Positions 11,501 to 24,204 of a stretch of DNA of 64,000 nucleotides are shown piece by piece. Position 1 is the first letter of the stretch. Each line of letters begins with the position of its first letter. The stretch is taken from contig NC_092674.1 in the NCBI RefSeq assembly GCF_964355755.1, positions 3,658,001 through 3,722,000 of the forward strand, given 5' to 3'. Under the pieces are notes generated by a model that worked only from the letters and a program-made list of their open reading frames with translations, searched no databases and was not told where the DNA came from. This DNA is from Antedon mediterranea (taxonomy: Eukaryota > Animalia > Echinodermata). The translations under genes were made by a program, and so were the position numbers.

Positions 11501-14500
11501 AAACCAACTAGAACCCGATTAAGTACAAACATAATAATTACTACTTTCGTTTTTAAGTCCACTTATAACAACACTTTCATCGGGTCCGCACGTACTTAAC
11601 CGCGATACATTTACGTGATACGTACGTAATCAGCAAGTACCAAGAATAATTTAATATTATTTTTAAAATAATTAGCAATTATATACGTAGCACATGAGCT
11701 CTACCTTTAGAGGCCTAAGGGCAACCTAAAGATATTAGAAAAAAAAATAACCGTAACAAATATCAATAGGCCTAAGAGTAGAACTTTTTCGCTTGGACAC
11801 ACCTATTGTAGATTGGTTCCCACTAGGACGCAACACAGCGGCGTAGGCGCAACGCAAATAGGTTGACCAATCATAAGCGACACTTCGGATGATCTGTCTT
11901 GTCATGATTGGTCAAATATTACTTACGGCAAGCGTGTCGTCTTTGCGTTGCGTCCAAGTGGAAACCAACATTTTCGTGAAACGAAAGAGTCTTTAGAGGT
12001 TAATACTATGGTCAACCCTACTTAGTGGACACCCATATTAAGAAGATATTGTGTTGGGTCCCTACGATGTCTTCTTAGTAAGGGGTTTACTGTATATCTC
12101 AATCTGTTAAGCGTGGTTTTCACTAGAGACGCACAGCGCAAGGACGTAACGCAACGTAAGTGACTTGACCAATCACAAACGATGGATTGTTCGAACAGTC
12201 GTTGCATCTACATCTTTGCGTTGCGTCTCTAGTGGGAATCACGCTTAAAAGATTAAGATATTTTTTATTAACAACGCCTTAAAACAATGATTACGTGTTT
12301 CTGAAGCTATACAAGAACTCATGCTTTACATAATAGGCCTACCATTTCTAATTACATAATTATTGTCTTTCAATTAATTGTATTCCAGCTTGTAAAACAG
12401 ATAATGGCTTATACATACATGGTCAAAGGTGGCACCCGAATGTGTATCCATTTGGAGTAATGGACTGCGTCGTATGTCATTGTATAGTAAGTTGACAATC
12501 TAACATTTATTCTTCTTCTTCTTCTTCTTCTTCTTCTTTATTGCCGGCAGATAGTCTAATGATTTTCCCGCCTCGGCCGCTTTGCTTATATCTCGGATTG
12601 CTTTCCTCCAGTGTTTTCGGCTATTATCTGAATCGTTTCTATATCTTTTATGCTATTGATCCTAGGGGGTAGTGCAGTTGATGACTGTTTATGAAGAGTG
12701 ATCAGGTCGTTCGATAGAGTTACCGGTAGTGTGGATTGTGGTCGTTCTCAATACTTTTGTTGCTTACAGTTTTCAAAATAATATTTTATTGCTTTATTGG
12801 CTGGGACTTCCTTTTGCAATCTAACATTTACTGCGCAATATGTCGTGTACGTAATAACCATTTGATCAGTGTTGTTATTGTCTTTGATGATTGGCTACTA
12901 CTAGGACGTAGCGCGTAGGACGTAGACGCAACGCAGAAAAAAGCATAACAACCACCCTAGATAACTTTTCAATAATACCAATTCTTTAAATATACACAGT
13001 TTGTTTCAAAAAGGTAATCAATAGTCACTGTACATTAAAAATATGGCATCAAAGTTGCTACTGTTTTATTAAAAAGGTTCGAAGTTCATAAAGTTTGATA
13101 GTGTAGACAGAGCTTTAATCATTGTGCTATATATAATGAATGCCTTTCTTTAAAGAACGGTGAGATGAACTGCACTCCTGTGGTTTGCAAGAAGAATGAG
13201 GACTTACCGTGTAGCTTTCCGGTGGCGGTCACAGGTCACTGTTGTCCAACATGCCCAGGTAGGCCTATAGTGTCTAATCACCTTACTATTTTAAGTTTTG
13301 TTGTAAAGCGTGGTTCCCACTAAAACGTAACGCAGCGACGTATCGACGCAAAGTCATGAATTGCGTAATCACAAGTGGGAACCGAAGACGCAAAAATGCT
13401 GCAAATATCGCAGATTTGAATTAACGCAAGCGGGGGCAAACATAATTATCGGAAGGGCATTTTCTTACGTTGCGTAGATTGCGTTACGTTCCGTCGCTAG
13501 TGGGAACCACGCTTAAGTTTTGTTGTAAATAGTATTTGGCAATTTAAGTATATTCCTAATGCCTTGAAAGGCTAACCTGAATTAGGTCAATTAAATGCCA
13601 ATCCTGTTAAATGGTAAATCGAATTGTAATGCCTTTTTGACTAGCCGTTAGGGGGAATTATTTATAATTACATTTAGTAGCATTACCGAACAGTACAACT
13701 TTTGCGTTCAAGCCGTTGAGTTAAAGTTAAATTAAGCTTTGACATTTCAACTTTTCGTAGGCCTACATTCATCAATTACATGTGACTTTTGGGAACCGGT
13801 TGCACTGGGTTCTGTGTAGCATTGGTCTTGTTAGAAATATCGTTATTTAATTGCTGAATGTTTCGCGAAAAGGCTGTCACTGGAATTCCTAGTAACGGCA
13901 ATTATTTCTGTAGTAAAAACATCTGTTTAACATAAGCCTTGTTTTACATGACATCGACAAGGGGGCTTGAACGTCAGTTCTAACTGTATATTCACATATT
14001 ATATACAGACAATTAGCCTGTTCGGACTTAGTTACCTACCCGGGTTATTGGCCCCTGACCCGGGTAAGTAACTAAGACTAAATAGACTCAATGAATACGG
14101 CTTACATTATCTAATTTTATCTTCAATATTTCCAGCGCATTATTAACAACTTGTATTAAAGCTTGGTTCCCACTTGGATGCAACGTAACAACGTACGCGC
14201 AACACAAGTGAGTTGACCAATCACAAGCGACAGTTTGGATGATCCATCGCGTCGTGATTGGTCAAATTACTTGCGATGCGGTTATGTCCTTGCGTTGCGT
14301 CCAAGTGGGAACCAATCCTTATAGTAGCAGTACAGTAGTAAACTCGTCACCAAGACGAGTTGGGTGATCCGGGTATTTTTATAATGCTAACTTAACAGTA
14401 ATAATAATCAATATCTTTTTGTTATTGTAGATAGTAACAGGGTCCCGTTTTCTAACAGACCGTCCATTAAAGCAGAGCCGCCAATGTGCCTTCAACAACG

Positions 14501-17043
14501 GGAGAATGTTGTCGTGTACTCCACTACGCCGGATAAAGAAAAGAGGAGTTCGGGAAAAGGTCAGGAGGTCAGCTACGTCATAGAAAGGATAGACAAGAAG
14601 ACAGTGGGTTTGCACCAATGGATTTTGAATAATAATGGTAGGAACATAATTTTTACTCCAAAATATAGATGTCTAAGTAGAGAATTTGTTGATATTTAAA
14701 GGCCTAAGGCTTCCCCCACTAGCGACGCAACTTAACGCAATCTCACTTGTGATTCGCAATACATCACTTTGCGTCGATACGTCGCTGCGTTGCGTTCTAG
14801 TGGTAACCACGCTTTATGGATACTTTTGTGATTAATAGAGCATACAGCCAGTAAAGCTTGGTTCCCACTAGCGACGCAACGTAAAGTAACCTACGCAACG
14901 TAAGAAAATGTTCTTCCAATAATTGTGTTTTCCCCATCTGCGTGAACTCAAACTCGCGATTTTGCAACAATGTTGCGTCGTCGGTTCTCACTTGTGATTA
15001 CACAATACAGAAGTTGGCGTCGATACGTCGCTGTTTGCGTCAATACGTCGTTGAGTTGCGCGGTACGTTGCTTCGCCAGTGGGAATCATGCTTATTAGGA
15101 GTATGTCACGCGTTTAAATCCACGACTGTGCGTACTTTTGCGAATTTGTTAACAGCAGACATGTGATGTCAAATGAAGGTAAAGGGAACTGAGAAGTCAA
15201 GAGTATAATTAACGCGACTCAATTGAACTGTTTGATTGCCCCGAGAGGAAATACTGCAACGTAAATATCTCCCTGCTTAAACCGACAAGCTGGGCTAATT
15301 GCAATACGAGCAATAAAATGGAAACTTAATGTGTTTAAAGTTACGGTAACGGCCACAAGGCGTATTCACTAATCTTAAGTATCACCTCAACTCAGATAGT
15401 ACGTTCTTCGGATACATTTGTTTTATTTTATTATTTTCTTTACTTAAAATTGATAGTTTTATTATTTTATTATAACGTATATCATGTTCCTAAAAGAAGA
15501 ATCTCTACAACGGTATTAGATAGACAAAATTAATATACATTGCAATATATAGGCCTAACAAACATTTTTTTATAAACTAAATATTAAAGGGTTTCCAGAG
15601 TGCCGATCGGACGATCACATATATTTTCTATTTATCAATTTTACTTACACTATAATACTTTAATTTTTAAAATGTATAATGGTAGCCATTGCTCTTTTCC
15701 AAGTTTTCCCCTCCATTTTTGCTTTATTTTAAATATTACCTTATCAATTAATCTCATGCAATTTGGAAAAATAAATTGAAATCTTGTGTTTAAAAAAGCC
15801 ATTTTCATTTTTACCCATTTCACGAAAAGGTTAACTTCATAATATCGAAGATGGGTTTATTGTTAATACGATAATCAATTTCTTTTGTCTTTTGTTCTTT
15901 AGGATCTATCAGGAGTTTTCAGATAATCGATATCACAATGAGAGAGTTTGCGGACCTTTTAACGAAACATCCTGATAAATACACAATTGAAGGCGCTACA
16001 ACTAATCGTAAGTAAAGCCTAGTCTAACCTACAGACACATTTGTTGACAAACTCAAGCAAATTCCGAGTTTGTCAAGAAAACTTTCCAAAGTTTGCAGTG
16101 ACAAGTTGACAAACTTCGGCAAACTAGTTTGCAGAAGTCTACACTACCGAAGTTTAGCATTGCAAACTCGAGCAACCTGTAGGCTAAAAGACCAAAGTTA
16201 TTTGCAAACTCTTTGGAGAAGTCTGTGTTGCCTGTGTCAAAGACTACAGATAGTGCTGTTCGATTCGCTAAGTGCATAGACCTCACCAAACTAGTTTGCG
16301 GAAGTCTACACTACCAAAGTTTAGTATTTCAAACTCGAGCAACCTGTGGGCTAAAAGACCAAAGTTGTTTGCAAACTCTTTGGAGAAGTCTGTGTTGCCT
16401 GTCACAGACTACAGATAGTGCTGTTCGATTCGCTAAGTGTATAGACCTCACCAAACGAGTTTGTTTGTAAGTTCTGCAAACTTATTTTCTGCAGTTCGTC
16501 CAAGTTTGTTTGTTACACTAGCAAACTGTTGAAAACTGTTCGTTTTTTTATAGTTTGTAAACTTTATCAGTGTAGCGTAAGTTTTAACTTTTCGTTCGAA
16601 TAAACATTTTATTATTATTATTATTACCTGTATAATATTAGCAATAACATGGGATAAATGAATCAATAAAACAAGATATATATCTGCGCATTCTTCTTTT
16701 GGAACTCTTTACTAATACCAATTTGGTTGCAATCATGCGAAGTATACACTAGTCTTTGGTACAGACGACCATATCCAATTTCTGCAGCTTTTTTTTGGAT
16801 CAGAAAGAACGTCTATTTATATGAATAATAATACTAGATCATACGTTGTATATTGCAGATAAACTAAGAAATCTACTTAACAAAGAACAGAAGACTTTAA
16901 AAAACTGCGACGGGAATTGCAAGAAGCAGGTTCGAAAGATCACAAAAGTTTTAAGACTACGAAAGGTAACTAGACAAGAAAATTGTCCTTACAATAAAAC
17001 CAAAGCAAGACGAGTGAGGAAGTCTAAATCTAGGCGCGGCTGA
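5595..17043 (+). CDS. CHRDL: Chordin-like protein (CHRDL1/CHRDL2 family), secreted BMP antagonist with three VWC/cysteine-rich domains, 464 aa
   Basis: Exons 5595-5676 (signal peptide MDILSTYVQLLICIVINGKVLS), 6660-6860 (VWC1, WHPYF..CTLCTC..CCKQC), 7535-7698 and 7906-8005 (VWC2), 10744-10893, 12389-12486 and 13156-13258 (VWC3, WHPNVYPFGVMDCVVCHC..CCPTCP), 14431-14637, 15903-16007, 16859-17043. All introns are GT-AG, phases are consistent, and the total is 1395 nt of open frame. Three CR domains plus a non-CR tail is the chordin-like architecture, not the chordin one. Confidence 0.9.
5814..5940. mobile_element. Family-B PIF/Harbinger-type MITE (first of about 20 copies)
   Basis: TIR AGCTTGGTTCCCACTAG...CTAGTGGGAACCA(A/C)GCT with TWA flanks and two internal subtypes. 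Other copies at ~8611-8760, 9510-9738 (nested pair), 10472-10679, 11813-11969, 12110-12245, 13307-13512, 14160-14319, 14707-14813, 14855-15092, 18482-18610, 18856-19111, 19769-20290, 25580-25747, 26571-26790, 27574-27779, 27783-28165. Confidence 0.85.
7314..7510. mobile_element. MITE-like element related to the repeat at 16017-16570
   Basis: Starts AGCCTAGTCTA, ends GTAGGCT, and carries GCAAACTCGAGCAA/TTGCTCGAGTTTGC motifs shared with 16017-16570. Confidence 0.55.
8166..8277. repeat. Short foldback element
   Basis: GTTTATCGCAAATA...TATTTGCGATAAAC ends and an internal hairpin ACGTCACGACGCGTACGTACA/TGTACGTACGCGTCGTGACGT. Confidence 0.7.
8431..8589. mobile_element. Palindromic Harbinger-type MITE (family C)
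   Basis: AGCCGATTTTCCACTAGGCGAATTTGTT...AACAAATTCGCCTAGTGGAAAATCAGCT, nearly fully self-complementary, flanked by TAA/TTA. Confidence 0.8.
9229..9445 (+). mobile_element. 5'-degraded Deu/Nin-domain-type SINE
   Basis: Reverse-complement match to 24205-24497; contains TCGGATAAGGATTATAAACCGTAG...GCACTTTAAAGAACCTAG...GAGTAGGGCGTTACCCCGGTGT. Confidence 0.7.
12510..12816 (-). mobile_element. 5'-truncated RTE-like LINE insertion with (GAA)n tail and 14-bp target-site duplication
   Basis: CAATCTAACATTTA is duplicated at 12496-12509 and 12817-12830. The minus strand reads PANKAIKYYF..*ERPQSTLPVTLSNDL..HWRK (RTE ORF C-terminus-like, with a stop and frameshift) and ends in (GAA)n. Confidence 0.8.
14016..14088. 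repeat. Small hairpin/MITE-like element
   Basis: CTTAGTTACCTACCCGGGT...ACCCGGGTAAGTAACTAAG inverted repeat. Confidence 0.65.
16017..16570. mobile_element. Non-autonomous element with an internal ~170-bp tandem duplication
   Basis: CAAACTAGTTTGC-GAAGTCTACACTACC...GTGCATAGACCTCAC repeated at ~16120-16287 and ~16288-16452; terminus AGCCTAGTCTA as at 7314. Confidence 0.7.
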
Positions 17044-17547
17044 AAATCCTAACGAAAATACCAAAGACCACACCCAACTATGACGAAATACCGAAGAGCC
17101 AATACTGAGCGAAAGTTACCATTTCGGACTTTTAAAGTCAAACTCTTAATGTAGTCTTCTTATGTGCAGTAAATTCTATGTTAGAAAATAACTATGCTAT
17201 ATAATAAGGTATAATAATTAGCAGGCCTAATTTAAGAAGGCCCACTTGCTTGCTGCAATTTGTATGATTGTGATCATTGAGGGCGGCAAAACAATATTTA
17301 CAGTGTTCTGGCGTAAGCTTCAGGGTATACAAAAATCCCACTGAATCTAAATTATGTATTCAATATATGAATGGTTATATGCTTTATGTGATTGTCACGT
17401 CTTTCGCCGTAACGAATTATTTTGGAAAAAAAACAATTCGATGTCCGACCAACTAGCCAAGCTAGCTGCCGATATTTTGTGCGTAAATCATATCAGAACG
17501 TTTGTGTTTCTGGTTTGAAAAATGCGTAAACGTAAAAAACGATACGA

Positions 17548-17710
17548 TGGCGTAATCGTCGTCACTATTCCAATTTGTTGCGTGACGTAACAAAATGACG
17601 TTACTCTGACGTAATTACGGTACGTCACCATTCCAATGCGTTGCTTGACGTAACAAATTGACGTTACTTTGGCGTAATTACGGTACGTCACCATTCCATT
17701 GCGTTGCTTA
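17548..17710. repeat. About 2.6 copies of a ~61-bp tandem repeat downstream of the chordin-like stop codon
   Basis: CGTAATTACGGTACGTCACCATTCCAATGCGTTGCTTGACGTAACAAATTGACGTTACT units. Confidence 0.75.
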
Positions 17711-18144
17711 CATTCCTGGTTCTTTCGTCGCTTATATCTAATTTTCATTCCATGCAAATATTTTGTACGTAATTTTTGTATTGTTTCTTAATTGCTAAAT
17801 AGAGGAAATAGTAAATATATGTCATTATATTCCAAGGAATTAAAACACACTGTTAAGCTGCAAAATGCGGTGTTAAATTAAATGTACTTAAGATGTATGG
17901 GGACTCTAACGATAATAATGATAATAATATTGCACAATTGTACATAATGGCTTCTCATTGTTAGGTACCTGTATATTATCATTCCACGTTGTCTAAAACC
18001 CCTTTCACACGGTCGCCTAGCAAAACTCCGGAGGGTACATACACCATATACAACACGCCGATGTTAACGCCACGGAGTGTGTAAGCTTCAGTTTTGCAAG
18101 GCTAGGCTAGGCTAAAAAGTGGTATAACACTATCTTTCAGATTA

Positions 18145-18173
18145 CCGCCCCCCACCCCCCCCCCCCCCCCCCC
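18145..18173. repeat. Poly(C) tract (G-run on the minus strand)
   Basis: CCGCCCCCCACCCCCCCCCCCCCCCCCCC. Confidence 0.9.
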
Positions 18174-19768
18174 AATTTCCTATTTCTCACCTGGAGCATT
18201 GTGTAATTAGAAACTAATTAATGTTTACAAAGACTAAACTTATATTTGTTAGTATAATCCTACATAAATAACATTAATAAGGCATTATTTGTATGTAATT
18301 TGTGAATCATTCCATATTTGTAAAATATGATTCGTTGTAAATAAGCTAAATACATATATTAACTGAGAACAGATTCTAGCAATTTTTGTTGTTATTTCAC
18401 AGTATGTTCGATTCCTTTTCTAACTTTAGACTGAACGGTTGCATTCGATGGAATGTAACAAAAAGACATAAAGACAACTTAAGCTTGGTTCCCACTAGGA
18501 CGTACCGAAAGGACGTAACGCAATGCAATGCACTGTCGCTTGTCATTGGGACGTCAACACGCTTGCGTTGCATCTACGTCCTTGCGTTACGTCCTAGTGG
18601 GAACCAAGCGTTATAATTAATGACGCACGACTGTAACCTCTCTGATTCGATCATTTATTCGAATGCGGAATAAGTTAAGTTTCAAACAAGAACATTAATT
18701 AATGCGGAACATAAGAATATATGCCTAGATATGTTGAACAGCGATACACCTAAACGGACACAAACCAATCTTTCTACCATAAAGTTTCAACACCAATTAT
18801 GATTTTTCTGTACATGCACACCGACACAAGTATATACAAGTTACGATACCAATTAGGCTTGGTTCCCACTGGCCACACAACGCGATTTGCCCAATCTTAA
18901 GCTCTGTCTACACTATCAAAATAGTTTGACCAAAAAAGTGTTTTGTCACATCATTGAGCAATAAGTTATTTCTTCATGGTCACATAAAGTTTGATAGTGT
19001 AGACAGAGCTTTAAGCGATGGGATATTCGAACTCGACTCTCGTGTCATTGGTCCAACTGACTTGCGTTGCGTCTACGTCTTTGCGTTGCGTCTCTATCTA
19101 GTGGGAACCAATATTTATCTCCAAACTAATTTCCACTATAAAGCCTTGTCTACACTATCAAACTTTACGTGACAAAGAAATGCGATGTGCCCAATTATAT
19201 CGACACGATGATGTCATATCACTGCCATATTTGGGCACATCACACTTTTTTTGAGTACAATAAGCATTTCATTAATTTTTATGATGGCAGTATAAAAGCG
19301 CGAAAAAGAATCTCGGAATGTCAGTCTGCCAAAACCACATTGGTATATTGAAATCTGGGCTTGAATTATAAGCACAAATGAGAGAATTAATTCTCAAGTT
19401 TAAACAAAATCCCGTCTAAAAACGCTAGAACTGTGTTCAAGACAGACAGATCTTTTTCTTAACGACATGCTAATGAGAGCGAGATTTATCCATCGGATTG
19501 GTGCCAATTATACTCAAAAGCACCGACATTTTTTGAGATTACCTAAAGTACCATTATACAGTGCGGTTATTTAATAACTAGGGGCTCTTAAAACGACGTT
19601 AGCTTTCTATCGCCAAGTTGTAGCGCTCCTCGAATGATAATTAAAACGGTTACTTATTATTAACATCCATCGTAATACGTTCCAACAGTTATTTTTAAAC
19701 AAATTATTATACGACCGCTTTTACTTTCATTCATTACCGTACATTTTTATAGGGCCTAGTACTAGAAA

Positions 19769-20290
19769 AGCTTGGTTCCCACTAGCGACGCAACGCAAGG
19801 ACGTAACGCAAGGTAAAGCTTGGTTCCCACTAGAACGTAACGCAAGGACGTAAACGCAACGCAAGCGTTTTAACCAATGACAAGCGAAGTTAAAGACAGT
19901 TAGCAATCACAAGCGAATAAGCCATCGCTTGTGATTGGTCAATTCACTTGCGTTGCGTTACGTCCTTGTGTTGCGTCGCTAGTGGGAACCACGCTTAAGC
20001 TTGGTTCCCACTAGAACGTAACGCAAGGACGTAAACGCAACGCAAGCGTTTTAACCAATGACAAGCGAAGTTATAGACAGTTAGCAATCACAAGCGAATA
20101 AGCCATCGCTTGTGATTGGTCAATTCACTTGCGTTGCGTTACGTCCTTGTGTTGCGTCGCTAGTGGGAACCACGCTTTAAGTGAGTTGACCGCTCACAAG
20201 CGATGGATTATTAAAAACTGTCGCTTGTCATTGGTCAACACGCTTGCGTTGCGCGTACGTCCTTGTGTTACGTCTCTAATGGGAACAACG
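19769..20290. mobile_element. Nested family-B MITE cluster: older host containing two near-identical 179-bp copies (19817-19995, 19998-20176)
   Basis: Host halves at 19769-19816 and 20180-20290 rejoin as CGCAAGGTAAGTGAGTTGACC; the inserts carry TAA and TTA duplications. Confidence 0.9.
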
Positions 20291-21479
20291 ATTTAGTTGG
20301 ACGTGTTAACGGTTCTGTATGCATCCGTACTAAATTAGCAGTCGGTTGGATAATACAGATTAATCCATTTTCGCATCTCACTCCATATGCACCAATTACT
20401 TAATACCAGATCAACAACAAAATCTCAAGCTAAATTTATTCACGAAATGTTGTATTTGTTTAGTTATCTGTCTGTTGCGTTATATAAATTATGTATAAGA
20501 TACACCAATTATTTATGTCAGAAATTTTATGTGTTATTTTTTAAGGTTGAAAGAACGTTCTTTCATACCCTGAAAAGGTTCGCCAAATAAATAAATTATA
20601 TTGTCATTATCATTGTTATTTTCACTCTCCTTCATCCAAGACTATTATATGGGTACCTCAAAATTCTATTACTGCAGTAACTATAGTATTGATAAAGCAA
20701 AAAAATGACGATTTGGAGTTGCACTAGGCTATAATTATAACACCATGACAATATTTGAATGGTTTGTAACAAAATGCTGAAAATAGGAACGACGGTCGAC
20801 CAAACTACGGCATGTTAGTTCATTGTGCGCATGCGGGAAAAAATGCGACATGTGTCCTCATCCCCGTCCCCCTCACTCTCGATTGACCTGAGGTTGGTCA
20901 CCGAAAAATCTCTAGGCTCTAATATCTTATGAGACTTGAGTCTATGAAAATCACTGGCTCAGGCAGAATTTGACAATGAAATAGAACTTGGGGCATACAG
21001 AGCATGTAGGGAGAGTAACTAGGACGCTGCGTGCCCCAAATGTTTGGATTATTTTGTAATTCATCACAGCTCAATTAAATGTCTATATATAGAATATATA
21101 CTAGAGGTGTATAATTGCGAACGCCCAAATGGTCGAATCTTAGTCACACATTGCAGACTTTACTATCCTTACTCCTACAACTTTCGCACGTTTATGATCT
21201 TTTAGTCCCTCCCACACAATACCTTTACACTACTGTGCGTTTCGCATGATATATTATGCATAAGCAAACCAAGGTAATCAAAATAATATTTACCATTAAT
21301 AATAGACACCACGCGCCGCGGAGAATATGTATACAATGTTACTACCCCAATGCATTCTGTTGGTATTTGTCGCAGCCAGACATAAGATCATAGGACTGTT
21401 ACGAGTTCCCATCTTGGTAAGGCGAGCTCAGTGTCCTGTTGTTAGATTGGTTTGTTTAGTTTTGTTCATTTCTTTTTAT

Positions 21480-23199
21480 TTAATGTATTTATTTAACAAC
21501 ATATTTATACAGGATAATACACAATCAAGTAGAAATAAACTTGTTTTGCATTGTGGTCCTGTCGACAAAAACGGATACAAATTTAAATCTTATACAATTA
21601 CAATTAATAATAATAGCAACAAAAAATAAAAACTGGAAGTTAAATGTTATGAAAAGAAATGAGATCTGTATCTAGCTTTAAAGAACATAATCGTGGGTGA
21701 ATGTTTTATATCTGCTGGCAAGTTATTCCATATTTTTCCGTCTGCAACTTTAAAAGACGAATCCATTTTGCTACGGGTATAATGAGGTATAACAACATTT
21801 AAGTTGTCTACTCCACGCGTTGAATGGGTGTGTACATTCCCAATTAGTTCAATTTCATTCGTCAATCTGGTTGGAGCAAGGCCGTGGATACATTTATACA
21901 TTAGACTAGCTAGATAAAAATCTCTTCTCTCTTCAAATGTTTTCCAGGAAAGATCCTGAATTATGTCATCACCCCTCACGTCAACAAAATCAAAATGTTG
22001 GGTAACAATGCGAGCCGCTCTTCTATGAAGACGCTTCAAGATATTCTTGTTTTGCTCAGAGGTATTTGTATGGTACTCAAAAACAACGTTTCTAATAATG
22101 ATTTATTTAGACAAACATTGAAATTTTATATCCAATATTTTTACTGATAGACTGGGTATTCTGTTTCCACGTTAACATTTCATCTATAATAACTCCCAGA
22201 TATCTTATGCTATCAACTTGTTCAATTTTGGTGGGCCCAATTTTAATATCCAGTTGGATATTATCTACTGAACGACTGTTTCTGAGTAACATGACCTTAG
22301 TTTTGTCTGTATTGATTGAGAGGTGGTTTTTAACATTATTCATGATTATTTGTAGAGAATCGTTTACAGACAATTACCAGTAGTATACACAACAACATCA
22401 TCAGCAAAAATGCTGCAAGTTCCACTTATAACAGACGGCGAAATATAATTAATAAAAAGAAGAAAAAGGATGGGCCCAAGGACACTTCCTTGCGGAACAC
22501 CAATGTTAATATCTCTCAGTTTAGATTTTCTATTGTTGCAGTATACAAACTGTTTTCTGTTTTTCAGAATAATTTACAAACCAATTTAAAACATTTTCAC
22601 TGAAACCGTATTTTTCAAGTTTATATACAAGAATTGAGTGATCGATCAAAACATTTAGATGTATCTAAGAAACAAGCGCCGATCAATTCAGAATCATTAA
22701 AACTTTCCAACCAATCATCAACCACTCTGTGTCAGCACGTTACAGTGGAATGGTTTTATAAAAACGCAAATTGGTCCACATTAATTAAATCATAAGACTC
22801 AAGAAAGGTAATTATTTGTTCCTGAACAACTCTCTCAATAATTTTTGCAATATGACCGACAACAGAAATTTGTCTGTAGTTGTTCATACTCTCTTTACTA
22901 CCCTTTCCCTTATAGATTGGGGTCGTCCTTGCAACTTTCCAGTCACCTGGGATACACCCAGACATAAGGGAAAGGTTTACAATGTGACATAATGGATATG
23001 AGATATATGGCGCCGCCAACATCAAAAGCTTACTATAAAACTCTAATACATCAAGGTTTTTTTCAGGTAATTTGTACAATCTCGTTTTGATAGTATTTGC
23101 ATCAATATTTGTAAAATTAAAAGAATATATACATGGTGGATTATTCCATCTAGATTTCTGTACATCTTCTGTCGAAACTACCTGAAAGTTCCGCGCCAA
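21480..23199 (-). mobile_element. Decayed 5'-truncated non-LTR retrotransposon (CR1/L2 group) with reverse transcriptase pseudo-ORF
   Basis: Frameshifted pieces IPGDWKVARTTPIYKGKG..NNYRQISV, GVPQGSVLGPILFLLFIN, IFADD, IRYLGVIIDEMLTW, RAARIVT, DGKIWNNLP, followed by a 3' UTR ending CAGGACCAC..ATCCTGTATAAATA and an A-rich tail near 21480. Confidence 0.9.
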
Positions 23200-24050
23200 T
23201 CAAAAACAGGACCAGAACACACACACAGTCCGCAGTATATAAAATATTTAATTTGTGAAATAAAATATATTGTCAAAATAAATAGTATTTAACAGCAGAA
23301 AGTATTTCAAGAAATATTTTTTTTTAATTGAAACTTTTGTTTTCAAGTTCGTGAAAATGCATCTTTAAAACTGAATGTGTCTGTCGGCTAAATAATTAAC
23401 ATGACGTCACAAACGTTGCCAGGTATGTCACCAGTAGCAATAACAATCACGTGATCATTGATTTATCTTTCTATGGGTTATTTTTATTGATATCTCCATG
23501 ATCTGGCATTTCCGCTGTCTAAGCTCATAAGATGCTAATTTGTCTTAAGGGATTGAACATTTTCGACTAATTAAAGTCTGCACAACAATACGCGAAATAA
23601 CCAGCATTGATAAAATGGAGTTTTCACAAATTTACTCTATCTAGCTCTATCTACACTATCAATCTTTGTTGTATTTTTTTGAATTTTTTTATTTGGTATT
23701 TCGCTTTAAGCGATAAAAATGTGATGTGCCCATACATTATGGACATGATGTCATATCACTACCATATTTGGGTATATCACTACCATATTTGGGTATATCA
23801 CTACCATATTTGGGCACATCTTTACTAGTTCGATAGTGTAGACAGAGCTTTATAGGCCTATTCTTTTTACATCGCCTAGCAAATGTTTGGAGTTTATACA
23901 GATCAGAGTTTTGAATGCTGCGCCCCGGTACATGTGTGAAATAGTATTATATAGGAGCCTATCAATAATTAATTTCAAAATGAAATCCTCCAAAATGGAG
24001 AGAAGATTAGCAATAAATTCAGTATAAATACAATATAAAATACGCAATAC

Positions 24051-24145
24051 AACAAAATACACTAGGCCTAATACCAAATGCAATATACACGTACACAAAA
24101 TACACTAGGCCTAATACCAAATGCAATATACACGTACACAAAATA
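24051..24145. repeat. Local 43-bp tandem duplication
   Basis: ACAAAATACACTAGGCCTAATACCAAATGCAATATACACGTAC occurs twice in tandem. Confidence 0.85.
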
Positions 24146-24204
24146 CAACATAAAATACAATATACAACATTACACTCTTGTCATGACGAATAATGGAAAT
24201 ATAT

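Noticed and set aside
16053-16470. Overlapping ORFs with repeated peptides
   Set aside because: They result from the ~170-bp tandem duplication within a repeat element.
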